Source: Promethearchaeota archaeon (GTDB lineage: Archaea > Asgardarchaeota > Lokiarchaeia > Sigyniarchaeales > SOKP01). Taken from it: DNA of 64,000 bases. The notes under the pieces are model-generated. The model was given only the letters and a program-made list of their open reading frames with translations. It was not told where the DNA came from and searched no databases. The stretch is taken from assembly GCA_016839555.1 (NCBI GenBank), contig JAEOUA010000011.1, forward strand, positions 64,001-128,000, read 5' to 3'. Each line of letters starts with the position of its first letter. Position 1 is the first letter of the stretch. Of this stretch, positions 10,350-20,891 are shown piece by piece. A program made the translations under genes and the position numbers.

Positions 10350-10811
10350 ATGCCTCAGATTGTAAAAGGGGGAAAATATGTTTTTGGGTGGTCAAAAGTA
10401 AATGAACAAGGCAGAATTATGATACCAAAAGAGTCTATGGAAGAATACAATTATTTTGAAGGTCAAAAAGTATTTTTAATGCCTGGAAGTAAGAAATCAG
10501 GAGGGTTTGGAATAACCACCTATGAAAAATTAAATGAGTCCAAATTAAGCTCCATTTTGAAAAACAATCCTGATTTGGCTCAATTCAAATTAGAGAAAGG
10601 AAAAATAAAAGAAATCAAAGGAAAAACTTTTTGTTGGGAAAAAATTCAAAATAATAACATTAAAATGTCTGAGAATGCTTTAAAGGTATTTGGAATTAAT
10701 CCGGGAAATTTTTTACTCGCAGTAAGAGGGAGTAATTTATCGCTAGGATTTATATCAAAAGGTCCAATTTATGAAGAGGCTAAAAAACATCCAGAAATTC
10801 CAATTTTTTAA
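10350..10811 (+). CDS. Conserved hypothetical protein, duplicated AbrB/MraZ-like swapped hairpin
   Basis: KVNEQGRIMIPKE..EEY...G and a second copy, IKMSENALKVFGINPG. Confidence 0.55.
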   Translation: MPQIVKGGKYVFGWSKVNEQGRIMIPKESMEEYNYFEGQKVFLMPGSKKSGGFGITTYEKLNESKLSSILKNNPDLAQFKLEKGKIKEIKGKTFCWEKIQNNNIKMSENALKVFGINPGNFLLAVRGSNLSLGFISKGPIYEEAKKHPEIPIF

Positions 10812-10921
10812 GAATAATGGTTTGTTTCTAATTATCCCTTTTAAATATTAAAATATAAAAAATATAGATTTGAAATATTTTTTATATAAATTTTAAATAG
10901 TTTTTAATCTAATATTTTTCT

Positions 10922-12343
10922 ATGAATAAAAAAGAAAATAGAAAAATTGATACGAATTCTAAAGACCTTTTTGAAACGTCGTTAGGGACAAAAGTTGCTT
11001 ATGGTAATGGAGTTTTGGCAGATAATTTAGCGCTACAAAACTTTTCATATCTTGGATTCAGTTTTTATTTTGCAGTTGTAGGTTTACCCGTGATGCTCGT
11101 AAGTATTGGATACATCCTTTGGTCTATCTGGGATGCCATTAATGATCCATTAATAGGGGTTTTATCAGATCGGACAAGGACAAAATGGGGGCGCCGTAAA
11201 CCCTGGATCTATATCTCAATTGTTCCCCTATGTCTGACAATTATTTTTATTTGGGCTCCACCACAGGGTAATATACTTATTACTTTTGTGTATTTTATAA
11301 TTATGTTGATTTTGTTTGATCTGTTTAATACTATGTATACTGTTAATTTCAATTCTCTTTGGCCTGAAATGTTTCTTACTGTCGAAGAGAGAAGTGCTTT
11401 AGGCGTATCGCGAAGCATATTTATGATCATAGGACTGGCAATTGCGTTTTTATTACCTGAATTTATTATAGAGGATATACCTAATAGATATAATCTTCCA
11501 AATACCCCTTATCAATACTTACTTAATGGAATTATTGCATCAATTATTATTCTAATTACGGTTCTGATCATGTTAAAATTTGGCGCGTTTGAGCGCAAAG
11601 AATTTTCGAAAGATGTATATACTACTCCTTCTTGGAAAAATGCTTTTAAAATCACGCTAAAAAATAAATTATTTGTACTATATTGTATTGTTGCGCTTGC
11701 TATCTATATCGTGTATAGTATACTTCCTCCGATGCTTCCGTTTTATGCAGAATACGTAATTGGGATGCAAGAACCTGGACTTCTCTTATTCCTTGGTCTT
11801 TTGGTGGGAGCCATTTCTACTCCATTATGGATGCATTTACGTGAAAAATTAGGGGTAAGAAAATCATTTTTTATTGCATTAACATATTGGGCTGCCTTTT
11901 TTCTCATCTTTTTATTCGCATTCAATGAAATTCTGGCTTATATTATTGTATCTTTTATGGGTGTGGGGTTAGGAGGTTCTCTTTATCTTTATGATCAAGG
12001 AATTGCTGAAATTATAGATGATGATGAAGTTCACTCTGGTATGGAAGTACGTCGTGAAGGAGCCTATTATGGAGTAATCTCACTTTTCAATAGATTTTCA
12101 AATGCCATCAATGCATTAGTAATAGGTTTAGTTTTTACGGGTGTAGGTTGGGCTGAATATGTACCAAAAGAAGATGTTAATGTGATTTTTGGACTTCAAT
12201 TTTTAGTATGTATTTGGCCTATAATCATAATTGTTATAGCATTAATTATGTTATATTTATGGCCACTTCATGGAAAGAGGCTTGAAGAAAACCAAAAATT
12301 ATTGGATAAATTACATAAACAAAAACGAAGTAAAATTCGTTAA
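10922..12343 (+). CDS. GPH/MFS_2-family glycoside-cation symporter
   Basis: WDAINDPLIGVLSDRTRTKWGRRKPW and RREGAYYG motifs; about 12 TM helices. Confidence 0.9.
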   Translation: MNKKENRKIDTNSKDLFETSLGTKVAYGNGVLADNLALQNFSYLGFSFYFAVVGLPVMLVSIGYILWSIWDAINDPLIGVLSDRTRTKWGRRKPWIYISIVPLCLTIIFIWAPPQGNILITFVYFIIMLILFDLFNTMYTVNFNSLWPEMFLTVEERSALGVSRSIFMIIGLAIAFLLPEFIIEDIPNRYNLPNTPYQYLLNGIIASIIILITVLIMLKFGAFERKEFSKDVYTTPSWKNAFKITLKNKLFVLYCIVALAIYIVYSILPPMLPFYAEYVIGMQEPGLLLFLGLLVGAISTPLWMHLREKLGVRKSFFIALTYWAAFFLIFLFAFNEILAYIIVSFMGVGLGGSLYLYDQGIAEIIDDDEVHSGMEVRREGAYYGVISLFNRFSNAINALVIGLVFTGVGWAEYVPKEDVNVIFGLQFLVCIWPIIIIVIALIMLYLWPLHGKRLEENQKLLDKLHKQKRSKIR

Positions 12344-12359
12344 TATTAAATTAAGTATT

Positions 12360-13193
12360 ATGAAAAAAAGTAAAGTTCTATATGAGGGAGATCCAGGATT
12401 AGCATTAATTACTGGGGCTGCTGGAGGTATCGGATCTTCATTTGCAGAAAAATTGGCTGGAGAAGGCTTTGATCTTATTTTAGTTGATATGAGAGAGAAT
12501 GCTTTACTTGAAATTGCCGAAAAAATAAAGAAGGAGAAAGGGATTAAAGTAGAAACTATAGTTGCTAATTTATCAATAAAAGAAGATATTTTAGCTGTAG
12601 AAAGACGTATCAAACAATTAAAAAATTTAACAATGTTGATTAATAACGCAGGATTTGGCATTAAGGATGGCTATTTAGCAACAACTCCAATTGAAAAACA
12701 ATTGGAAATGATTAATGTCCACAATATTGCCCCTACGAGGTTTATTGTCGCAGCATTACCCAATATGATGGAAAATAATCGAGGGGATATAATAAATGTA
12801 TCCTCCTTATTAGCAAGAATTCCTTTAATGGGCAATGCATTGTATTGTGCGACAAAATCATATTTAGTAAAGCTGACTGAAACTTTACATTTGGAAATAT
12901 ATGACACAAAATTACGAGTTCAGGTTTTATTACCGGGCTTCGTCCGAACAGGTTTTCACGAAGCTATGGGTGATGATATGTCTACTGGGGAATGGGATAA
13001 ATATCCCTGGATGGATCCTGAAGAAGTTGTAGAAGAATCCATAGATGGACTACTGAAGGGAAAAGTAATATGCCTTCCTGGAAAAAAAACTAGGCATTTT
13101 TGGTGGAAAATTCGATTAGTCCCTCGAAAATTGAGGTACAAAATGTCTATTAAACAATCAAAAAAATCGATGGAGAGTGTGAAAAAAGGTTAA
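12360..13193 (+). CDS. Short-chain dehydrogenase/reductase
   Basis: TGAAGGIG, NNAG, NVSS, YCATK, PGFVRT; ATG at 12360 preferred over the overlapping 12270 start. Confidence 0.92.
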   Translation: MKKSKVLYEGDPGLALITGAAGGIGSSFAEKLAGEGFDLILVDMRENALLEIAEKIKKEKGIKVETIVANLSIKEDILAVERRIKQLKNLTMLINNAGFGIKDGYLATTPIEKQLEMINVHNIAPTRFIVAALPNMMENNRGDIINVSSLLARIPLMGNALYCATKSYLVKLTETLHLEIYDTKLRVQVLLPGFVRTGFHEAMGDDMSTGEWDKYPWMDPEEVVEESIDGLLKGKVICLPGKKTRHFWWKIRLVPRKLRYKMSIKQSKKSMESVKKG

Positions 13194-13196
13194 AAG

Positions 13197-15221
13197 ATGA
13201 AGATCGTAAAAATGATTAAGTTTTTTTTCAAAAAACTTGAATTGGCTTATTTATTATTCTTAAGAGGCAAAAAGAATATAAAAATTCCCCTTGCTGATGG
13301 TATAAACTTATATGCTGATGTATTTCGTCCTAATGGGAGGGGGCCTTGGCCTGCTATTATTACTGCTGTTCCCTACCATAAAGATGATGTGGCTGGCGCT
13401 GAATCTATTTTCGAAACTTATGATTATCTTAAAGCTAAGTATGTAATTGTATTGATTGATTTGCGTGGTCATGGCTCTTCCGAGGGTATAACAGAAGAGC
13501 CCCTTGATTGTTTGAAAGAAGATGATTTATACGAATTAGTGGAATGGTGTGCCAAACAAAAATGGTCTAATGGAAAAGTTGGAATGAAAGGTGAATCATA
13601 TGGGGGGATGACAGCATTACAGGCTGCTACCACTAATCCACCAAGTTTAAAGGCAATTTTTGACTTTATGGCTCCAGCATTTTTTTATAAAAATCTTGCA
13701 TTTCTGGGAGGATCACTAAATATGATTGGGATGTGTGGTGCGTGGTTAGGATTTATGAATTTAATAACTCTATTTCCTCCCCTTTACATAAAAAATCGCC
13801 CAGATTGGAAAGAATTATGGAATAAGCATCTTGATTCATATTTGCCCTATCTAATAAAACCGTCGGATCATATTACTTATGATGAATATTGGAAAACCCT
13901 TGATATTCCCGTGGAAAAAATCACCATTCCTACATTAATTATGGAGGGTTGGTGGGATTTTGCTCGAGATGATGGATTTCAGATTTATCAGAAAGTTAAA
14001 GGTCCTAAGAAATTATGTATTGGTCCTTGGGTCCATATTTTTCCAAGTCTTCAACCTTTAGAGCAAATTGATGAAGTTGAGTATGGAATCTCTTGGTTTA
14101 ACTACTGGTTAAAAGGAAAAGAAAACCAATTTTTGAAGGAACCGGCATTATCTTTATATTTAATGGGGGCAGACGAATGGACTTATGCGGATGAATGGCC
14201 CCCAAAAAACACTCAAGAAAAAGTATATTATCTAGAGAAGGACGGGAAATTGACTAATAAACCTGAAGATATAGAGGCAAAAGTTGAATATCAACATATT
14301 CCTGAAGTAGGTATTAATTCTGGCTATATGATTGTGTATCCGTTGGGATTGGATTATCCTAAAGATCAATCACAAGATGATGCAAAATCATTAACTTTTG
14401 ATAGTTTAGCCTTGAATGAACCTTTACAAATTGTTGGTGCCCCTCAAATAAATTTGACTCTCTCAACAGATATGCCTGATGCAGCAATTACCGCTAAATT
14501 ATGCGACTTAGCCCCTAATGGTTCATCCACTTTAATTTCCACTGCTTCTCGTAGATTAAGCTTTCGAAAAAGCTATTCAAACCCAACCTTACCGGAAGCT
14601 GGAAAAATTTATGAGATGGAAATGGAATTTTTTAATACGGACTATCTTATTAAATCGGGAAATAAATTACGCCTTTCTATTGCTTTAAGTGATTTTCCAC
14701 GAATCTTTCCATTGCCTTACACAGGCAAAATTACTCTACATTTTGGAAAGGATTATCTACAAAAATTGTCATTAAAATTAATAAAGCCTAATAATAAGAA
14801 AACTGGTCAAAAACCTGAATTTAACCCACCAGACTTATCCTTTATGGAATATCTTATGAAAGGACAAAAAGAACCAATTATGGAATTAAAATATTCACAA
14901 AATCCAGAAACAAATGAAATAAACGTTCATGGGGAGACAGAATATGAATTCCCTCTGCAATATTTAAAATTACCATTTATTCTCAACAGTTCCTATGATG
15001 CATCAATTATAGCTGGGAAACCAGACACCGCTAAAGTAGAAGCCAATGGGTTTGCTAACTTTGAATTAGAAGGTAATTATTATAAAATTTCCACCAAACA
15101 ATTAGTTTCACAGGAAAAAGTTGAAATATGGGCTAAAATATTAGAAAATAATAATATTTATTTTGAGAAAGATTTTGAAAAACAGTTGAATTGGGTTAGC
15201 CTAGGTACAGAAGAAACTTAA
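13197..15221 (+). CDS. CocE/NonD-family (S15) serine hydrolase
   Basis: DGINLYADVFRP, DLRGHGSSEG, WSNGKVGMKGESYGG, GWWD, GPWVH. Confidence 0.92.
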   Translation: MKIVKMIKFFFKKLELAYLLFLRGKKNIKIPLADGINLYADVFRPNGRGPWPAIITAVPYHKDDVAGAESIFETYDYLKAKYVIVLIDLRGHGSSEGITEEPLDCLKEDDLYELVEWCAKQKWSNGKVGMKGESYGGMTALQAATTNPPSLKAIFDFMAPAFFYKNLAFLGGSLNMIGMCGAWLGFMNLITLFPPLYIKNRPDWKELWNKHLDSYLPYLIKPSDHITYDEYWKTLDIPVEKITIPTLIMEGWWDFARDDGFQIYQKVKGPKKLCIGPWVHIFPSLQPLEQIDEVEYGISWFNYWLKGKENQFLKEPALSLYLMGADEWTYADEWPPKNTQEKVYYLEKDGKLTNKPEDIEAKVEYQHIPEVGINSGYMIVYPLGLDYPKDQSQDDAKSLTFDSLALNEPLQIVGAPQINLTLSTDMPDAAITAKLCDLAPNGSSTLISTASRRLSFRKSYSNPTLPEAGKIYEMEMEFFNTDYLIKSGNKLRLSIALSDFPRIFPLPYTGKITLHFGKDYLQKLSLKLIKPNNKKTGQKPEFNPPDLSFMEYLMKGQKEPIMELKYSQNPETNEINVHGETEYEFPLQYLKLPFILNSSYDASIIAGKPDTAKVEANGFANFELEGNYYKISTKQLVSQEKVEIWAKILENNNIYFEKDFEKQLNWVSLGTEET

Positions 15222-15423
15222 TCAAATTTTTTTGATGTTTTTTTTAGCCTAAATTTCAATATTCTAAGAAATAACAATGTATAATCATCATACTATATAA
15301 TCATTTTTTAATTTCAGTAAAATGATGAGATATTAAACTCCATTTTTATAGGGTTAATAGATTAAATAAAAATTTAAATAAAATACAATAGAATATTATA
15401 TTATATAAATTATAAATCTAAAA

Positions 15424-16161
15424 ATGAAAACAATGACATTGGAAGGTTTAACTCAATTAGATTTTCTTAATGGAATTTTCTCATTATTATTTATACTTAT
15501 TGTTATCATTATCGGAATTAAACTTATATCTGTTTACTTTAAATATCAGAAAATAGAGATGATTACAGTTGGTTTAGCTTGGATTTTTTTAAGTTCGGCA
15601 TGGTGGGGAATTATAATATTATTTTTAGGATATGTATTTTTTGATTATAGAATTGGAACGGTTCCTTACTTAATTATTGGGAATATATTTGTTCCAGTAG
15701 CTTTGGTTTGTTGGATATATTCATTTAGCAGTATGACATATCCTCAATATAAGAAAAGGATTGTTCTGATTTATTCTGCAATCTCTATTGTTTATGAAAT
15801 TTTTTTAATAATACTCTTAATTATTGATTATAGACTAATTGGGCACTTTGAGACGGAATTCTATTTAGTTTCTGAAATTTATCCCACAATTTATCAAATA
15901 TTTGCTGTTGCAACTGCCATCGTTACTGGTATTATCTTTACTAGGAAAGCTTTAGAATCTGAAAATGAAGAGATAAGATGGAAAGGCAGATTTTTATTAA
16001 CTGCATTTATCACTTTTACAATTGCAGCATTTGCGGAAGCGATTATTCTCTTAACCCCATTATTATTGGTAATAATGAGAATTATTTTAATATTTAGTAC
16101 TTTTGCATATTATCTAGGATTCTTTTTACCCAAATTCCTGTCTAAGTGGTTAATCTCTTAG
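15424..16161 (+). CDS. Hypothetical ~7-TM membrane protein
   Basis: About seven hydrophobic segments; no catalytic motif seen. Confidence 0.6.
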   Translation: MKTMTLEGLTQLDFLNGIFSLLFILIVIIIGIKLISVYFKYQKIEMITVGLAWIFLSSAWWGIIILFLGYVFFDYRIGTVPYLIIGNIFVPVALVCWIYSFSSMTYPQYKKRIVLIYSAISIVYEIFLIILLIIDYRLIGHFETEFYLVSEIYPTIYQIFAVATAIVTGIIFTRKALESENEEIRWKGRFLLTAFITFTIAAFAEAIILLTPLLLVIMRIILIFSTFAYYLGFFLPKFLSKWLIS

Positions 16162-16249
16162 AAAAATTGATATATTTTTATCTGGTTAAGATAAAATTAA
16201 AAATTTAAATTTTTATTTTTTTTTTATAAAAATTATCGAAATTATAGGT

Positions 16250-17497
16250 TTAACTTATTAAGCTTCGAATTGTTGAAATAATCTTATCCAAGTCTTTTTT
16301 ATTCAATCCAGGATGGGGAGAGATTGTCAATACTTTTTTGAGAACATTTTCAGCGATAGGACATAATCCTTCTTCATAATTCGCAGTACCTTGATATAAA
16401 GGACAATCAAAAGGGCAATGGGTTCTATGACCATGACCTATCTTATTTCTATATGAAGGTTCCAAATACATTGGTGTATCAAATAAAGGATCTGCCATAA
16501 TCCCATTTTTGACTAAAGTTTTCCACAATTCATCTCTCGTTAAATTAGCTTTAGTTTCATTTATTTTAATTACATATTCATTAAATACGTGCATTACATT
16601 TTCTGGAACATATGGTAATTCTATATTCTTAAGATTGGCAAGCCCAATCGACAAATATGCAGAGTTTTCAATTCTTCTTTGATTTAGTAAATCTATTTTT
16701 TCCATCTGAGCAATACCTACTGCTGATGTTAATTCGGTAGGTTTATAATTATATCCTAATATTTCTGCGGTTCCGATAAGTCTACCATTTCTTTGGGTTC
16801 CATAATGATGATTTCGCTCACTTATTGATTCTGCCAATTCTTCATTATTCGTAGTAATCATTCCTCCTTCACCCGTAAATAATTGTTTCCCTGCTCCAAA
16901 ACTGAAGCATGCTATATCCCCAAAAGTACCAATTTTTTTACCGGAATATTTTGCACCCATTGCTAAAGCGCAATCTTCTATAACAATTAAATTATTTTCT
17001 TCACCAATTTTTTTTATTTGATCTATTTCTGCTGGGCAACCATAGATGTGGACGGCAATAATTGCTTTAGTTCTTTCCGTAATTTTTTTACTCAAATCAT
17101 TAGGATCCATATTTAATGTTCTAGGATTAATATCAACAAAAATAGGAATGGCATTATTATAGACAATACAATTTGCAGTTGCTAAAGAAGAAATTGCAGG
17201 TATTAAAACTTCATCTCCGGGACCTGCTAGTGTTGCCATACATAAAGATAATGCTGTACTTTCAGAACTCGTGGCTATTGCAAATTTTGCATCTTGATAT
17301 TTGGCAACTTTATTTTCAAAAATTTTTGTTTTATTGCCAATTTTGGTTCCAAGTCTTTTTGATCTTATAACTTCTAAAACTTGCATTTCCTCCTCTTCAC
17401 CAATCCAGAATGCATCTAAATATTTATCCGCCGCTATGAGGAGACCTTTAAGAAATTCTTTATCCCCTAATTTTTCTATATCCAATTTAATTTTCAC
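16250..17497 (-). CDS. DegT/DnrJ/EryC1/StrS PLP-dependent aminotransferase
   Basis: GPGDEV, VHIYG, IEDCA, SFGAGKQLFTGEGG (PLP lysine), GYNY; overlaps the end of the kinase gene. Confidence 0.92.
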   Translation of the reverse strand: MKIKLDIEKLGDKEFLKGLLIAADKYLDAFWIGEEEEMQVLEVIRSKRLGTKIGNKTKIFENKVAKYQDAKFAIATSSESTALSLCMATLAGPGDEVLIPAISSLATANCIVYNNAIPIFVDINPRTLNMDPNDLSKKITERTKAIIAVHIYGCPAEIDQIKKIGEENNLIVIEDCALAMGAKYSGKKIGTFGDIACFSFGAGKQLFTGEGGMITTNNEELAESISERNHHYGTQRNGRLIGTAEILGYNYKPTELTSAVGIAQMEKIDLLNQRRIENSAYLSIGLANLKNIELPYVPENVMHVFNEYVIKINETKANLTRDELWKTLVKNGIMADPLFDTPMYLEPSYRNKIGHGHRTHCPFDCPLYQGTANYEEGLCPIAENVLKKVLTISPHPGLNKKDLDKIISTIRSLIS

Positions 17498-18929
17498 CTT
17501 TATTAAAAAAATGAGATTCTAGTTCCATATATTTTTTAAAATATTTATCATATTCCTCAACATTTTTAGGATCTGGGTTAGTAATATCTATTATTTCTAT
17601 CCAATCTATTATGTGCGTGAAATGTTCGAAAACCCCTACCCCATATCCAGCTAAAAAAGCATCTGCCAAAGCAACATTATTTTCTATATAAATTTGAGGT
17701 TTACCTACAATATCACTTACAATTTGTCTCCAGATTTTACTCTTTGCCCCTCCTCCTGTCGCGATAATTCTCCCTTTAAGTGGATCTTTCTTAAATTTTT
17801 CTAATCCTTGTCGAATAGCATATCCCCATGATTCTAGAATTGCTCGATAGAAATGTTTTTTTGTATGTGCTATAGATAAACCATAAATTATCCCTCTTGC
17901 TTTAGGATCATAGGTGGGGGTTCGCTTTCCGCGAAGATAGGGAATAAAAATTAATCCCTCCGATCCGAGAGGTATTTTTTCCGCTTCCTTATCAAGCTCT
18001 TGGTATATATTATTTTGAAATTTACTCATCTCATATTGACAAAAGTTATTTCTGAACCATTTTAACGATTCCCCAGTTGTTAATAGATAGGTTAATAAAG
18101 TTATTAATGGAAACTTACCCATTGCTATTTTTTCTAATTCTTGATGAAGTATTACACAATAGCCAGCCGTTCCATAATTTATAACACAATCGTTCTTATT
18201 AATGGCGCCAACACCAAGCATATTAGCAAAAGAATCCGCAGTACCAACTATTACTGGGATGCTTTTTTTAAGGTTAGTTTCTTTTGCCGCTTTTTGAGTG
18301 ACCTTTCCAATGATTTTTACAGCGGGATATTTAGGTGGAATAATAGATGGAGGGATTCCTAATTTTTCACAGAGCCCATTATATAAACCAATAAAACTTG
18401 TTGCAGATAAATTATCAATAGAATATTTATTTGTTAATTTGTATGTAATATAATTATGACTACTCAGAATCATCTCGGTGTCCTTAAATTTTTCAGGTTC
18501 ATGGGTTTTAAACCATAGTAATTTAGGGAGTATTTCTTCTGATGTTAGTTCTAAATGATAATTATCTTTAATGAATTTTACTTCATTGATGCATCTATTA
18601 TCAGAATAAAGTATTGCATTTCTCAGAGGCTTTCCCTCCTTACTAATCGGACATAAATCAGGATATGAGCCACTCACTCCAATTGCTTTAATATTAGAAG
18701 GTTCGATCTTCCCTTTTTTTAATAGATCTTTAACAATTTTAATGAAATGTTCCCACCAATCTTTCTCTGGATCTTGTTCTGCCCACCCTGGTTTTGGAGT
18801 TATAATATTATGTTCCAGCGAAGAATCCGCTACAATTTTCCCCTCTATATTAATTATCAAACCTCTAACTATTGTGGTTCCTATATCAACTCCAAGTAAA
18901 AAGTCCGATTTCTTCGTTTTTTCTGAGAT
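17487..18929 (-). CDS. FGGY-family carbohydrate kinase (xylulokinase-like)
   Basis: The frame stays open upstream of the track's TTG (18860) to 18935 and encodes the conserved LGVDIGTT motif. Also GWAEQDP, AILYSDNR, PYLRGKRTP, GGGAKS. Start placed at ATC 18929 by SD spacing (inferred). Confidence 0.85.
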   Translation of the reverse strand: MSEKTKKSDFLLGVDIGTTIVRGLIINIEGKIVADSSLEHNIITPKPGWAEQDPEKDWWEHFIKIVKDLLKKGKIEPSNIKAIGVSGSYPDLCPISKEGKPLRNAILYSDNRCINEVKFIKDNYHLELTSEEILPKLLWFKTHEPEKFKDTEMILSSHNYITYKLTNKYSIDNLSATSFIGLYNGLCEKLGIPPSIIPPKYPAVKIIGKVTQKAAKETNLKKSIPVIVGTADSFANMLGVGAINKNDCVINYGTAGYCVILHQELEKIAMGKFPLITLLTYLLTTGESLKWFRNNFCQYEMSKFQNNIYQELDKEAEKIPLGSEGLIFIPYLRGKRTPTYDPKARGIIYGLSIAHTKKHFYRAILESWGYAIRQGLEKFKKDPLKGRIIATGGGAKSKIWRQIVSDIVGKPQIYIENNVALADAFLAGYGVGVFEHFTHIIDWIEIIDITNPDPKNVEEYDKYFKKYMELESHFFNKGEN

Positions 18930-19154
18930 AAGAATTCACTTCCTATATTAATTTAGTTTTTTCCTTTAATTATTATTAAAAATAAGATATATTCCTAATT
19001 AAGAGATTTATCTATTTTTACGCAACTGTTTAACTATATTAATAATTTCAATATGAATTTTTCGATATCTAAGTATTTTTAGAAAAATTTGATTTAGTAA
19101 ATGAATATGGATCTATTTTTCAATAATTATTTTAGCTTCAAATTTATATATCTA

Positions 19155-20291
19155 TTATTTCTCAATAATAGTTTCTTCAATAGCAGTACCAAAGTGAGTG
19201 GCTCCTGGCCCAATATGTACTAATACTTTATCTCCTTCTTTTAGATCTACAACAGATTTCGCATCCCCTTCTGGATCTACAAGACGAATAGTTTCCGCGT
19301 TTTGACAGATACAACTTATAGGAATTTTTTTCCCAGCTTGCTCCGATTGCATTTCAAATCTTAACATAGGACGAGTTTCGATTTTAACCCTTCCCACAGA
19401 CGCAATTCTAACTGCTCCTTTCGAATTTATCACTAAAACCTTATCTCCACCTTTTATTTCACTTAGGTACTTAGTTCTATATAATTCTTCTTTATTTCGA
19501 TCCTCTTCTGGTACTAATATATACGCAGATACATCTCCTGCATTTACCCGGAAAGGCCGCGAAGCTACAAATTGCGTCTCAAATACTTCTGCATGAATTA
19601 AAGCAAATCCTTTTGCGGTACTTCCCACTAACATTCCTTCCCCAGGTAAAAGTAATGAAGTAGTATCTACACAAACTCTATCACTCTCTGGGATGGCCTG
19701 AATATTTAGTATTTCTGCCTCTTTCAATTCAATCTTAAATCCGACTCCAATCAAATTCTTAAGTTCAATAATATCATTTGCCGTTTTGGGAGTAAATAAG
19801 ATTCCATCAACGCCAATTTCCAGGGTTTTCAGCATTAATTCCGCTTCCGCTAAATTTTCTACTTTGGCAATTAATTCCGTATCCTTTTTATGCATTTCTG
19901 CGATTAAATTCTCAAAAGGAATAATTTTCCAATCCGATGCGGATACTATTATAAAATTTAGTTTAGTATTATTGGATAATCTCTTAATTTCCAATTCATC
20001 TTCTTTAGATTTTAGTTCTTTATAATATCCTATACTTTTTTTGATATCTTTTTCCTCTAAAATTCGTTCTAATTCAGTAAGATCCTTATAAATAACATAA
20101 TCAACATCCAATTCAGAATTCCATCCGAAAGTTTTTACCCGTTCTATATTTTTAAATTCCGAAAGGGTATTATTTGATACAAGAAAATTTAAAATATCTC
20201 TATTAAATGCCTCTTGAACAAGTTCTTTAAAATCTTCTTCCTTTTTTTGAAAATTGAGTATAATTCTTTTCATTTTTGAATCATTTTTCAA
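19155..20291 (-). CDS. aroB': 3-dehydroquinate synthase II (archaeal type)
   Basis: DWKIIPFENLIA, LEIGVDG, DRVCVDT, GEGMLVGS, RPFRVNAG, GRVKIETRP, QNAETIRL, HFG. Confidence 0.95.
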   Translation of the reverse strand: MKNDSKMKRIILNFQKKEEDFKELVQEAFNRDILNFLVSNNTLSEFKNIERVKTFGWNSELDVDYVIYKDLTELERILEEKDIKKSIGYYKELKSKEDELEIKRLSNNTKLNFIIVSASDWKIIPFENLIAEMHKKDTELIAKVENLAEAELMLKTLEIGVDGILFTPKTANDIIELKNLIGVGFKIELKEAEILNIQAIPESDRVCVDTTSLLLPGEGMLVGSTAKGFALIHAEVFETQFVASRPFRVNAGDVSAYILVPEEDRNKEELYRTKYLSEIKGGDKVLVINSKGAVRIASVGRVKIETRPMLRFEMQSEQAGKKIPISCICQNAETIRLVDPEGDAKSVVDLKEGDKVLVHIGPGATHFGTAIEETIIEK

Positions 20292-20464
20292 ATTCTAAAC
20301 TAGAAAAATATTTCTAATTTAAATAATCTTATATTCTCAAAATTTTACTTTCTTTTTTACTTTAGATCGAAGATTTTAAAACTTTTTAGAAAATTTTTCT
20401 TTAAATATGATTGAAAAATGATTGTTATAACAAAATAGAAATATTAATTAAAAAGATAAAGAAA

Positions 20465-20824
20465 ATGGAAGAAATATATATAGTTGAGGGCAAAAGTCAA
20501 GGAAAAAAATATGCCAAATATATATTCTATGGTATAATCGCGTTTTTAGCCATATACATGCCTTTTTTTGGAAGTGATCTAAGATATCAATTAGGAGCAA
20601 TCTTCGATATGGCTTTCAATATAATTGGTTGGTTTTGCGTTTTTGGGGGTATAATTTATATCCTTTTGGGAGTTTTGGGGCTATTTGGAAGAAATATCTT
20701 AATCGGAAGAATCATTATAGGAGCATTATTACTGTGGGTTGGTTGTTGGATGACGGGAATTGCTATTAATTTTTTTGGGGTTGATTTCGGAGGTTCATCT
20801 GCTTCATCTAAAGGATATCATTAA
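20465..20824 (+). CDS. Small Gly-rich membrane protein (about 3 TM)
   Basis: Hydrophobic helices; ATG 20465 preferred because the TTG at 20411 abuts the TATA element. Confidence 0.65.
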   Translation: MEEIYIVEGKSQGKKYAKYIFYGIIAFLAIYMPFFGSDLRYQLGAIFDMAFNIIGWFCVFGGIIYILLGVLGLFGRNILIGRIIIGALLLWVGCWMTGIAINFFGVDFGGSSASSKGYH

Positions 20825-20891
20825 AAAAAAGAGGTTCGCCGAAAAAAATCCCGCTTTTTTATTATTAAGTTTCTTTATTATATGCTGTAAA

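Noticed and set aside
12270-12359. N-terminal extension of the SDR overlapping the MFS gene
   Set aside because: The ATG at 12360 gives a normal SDR start with no 74-nt overlap.
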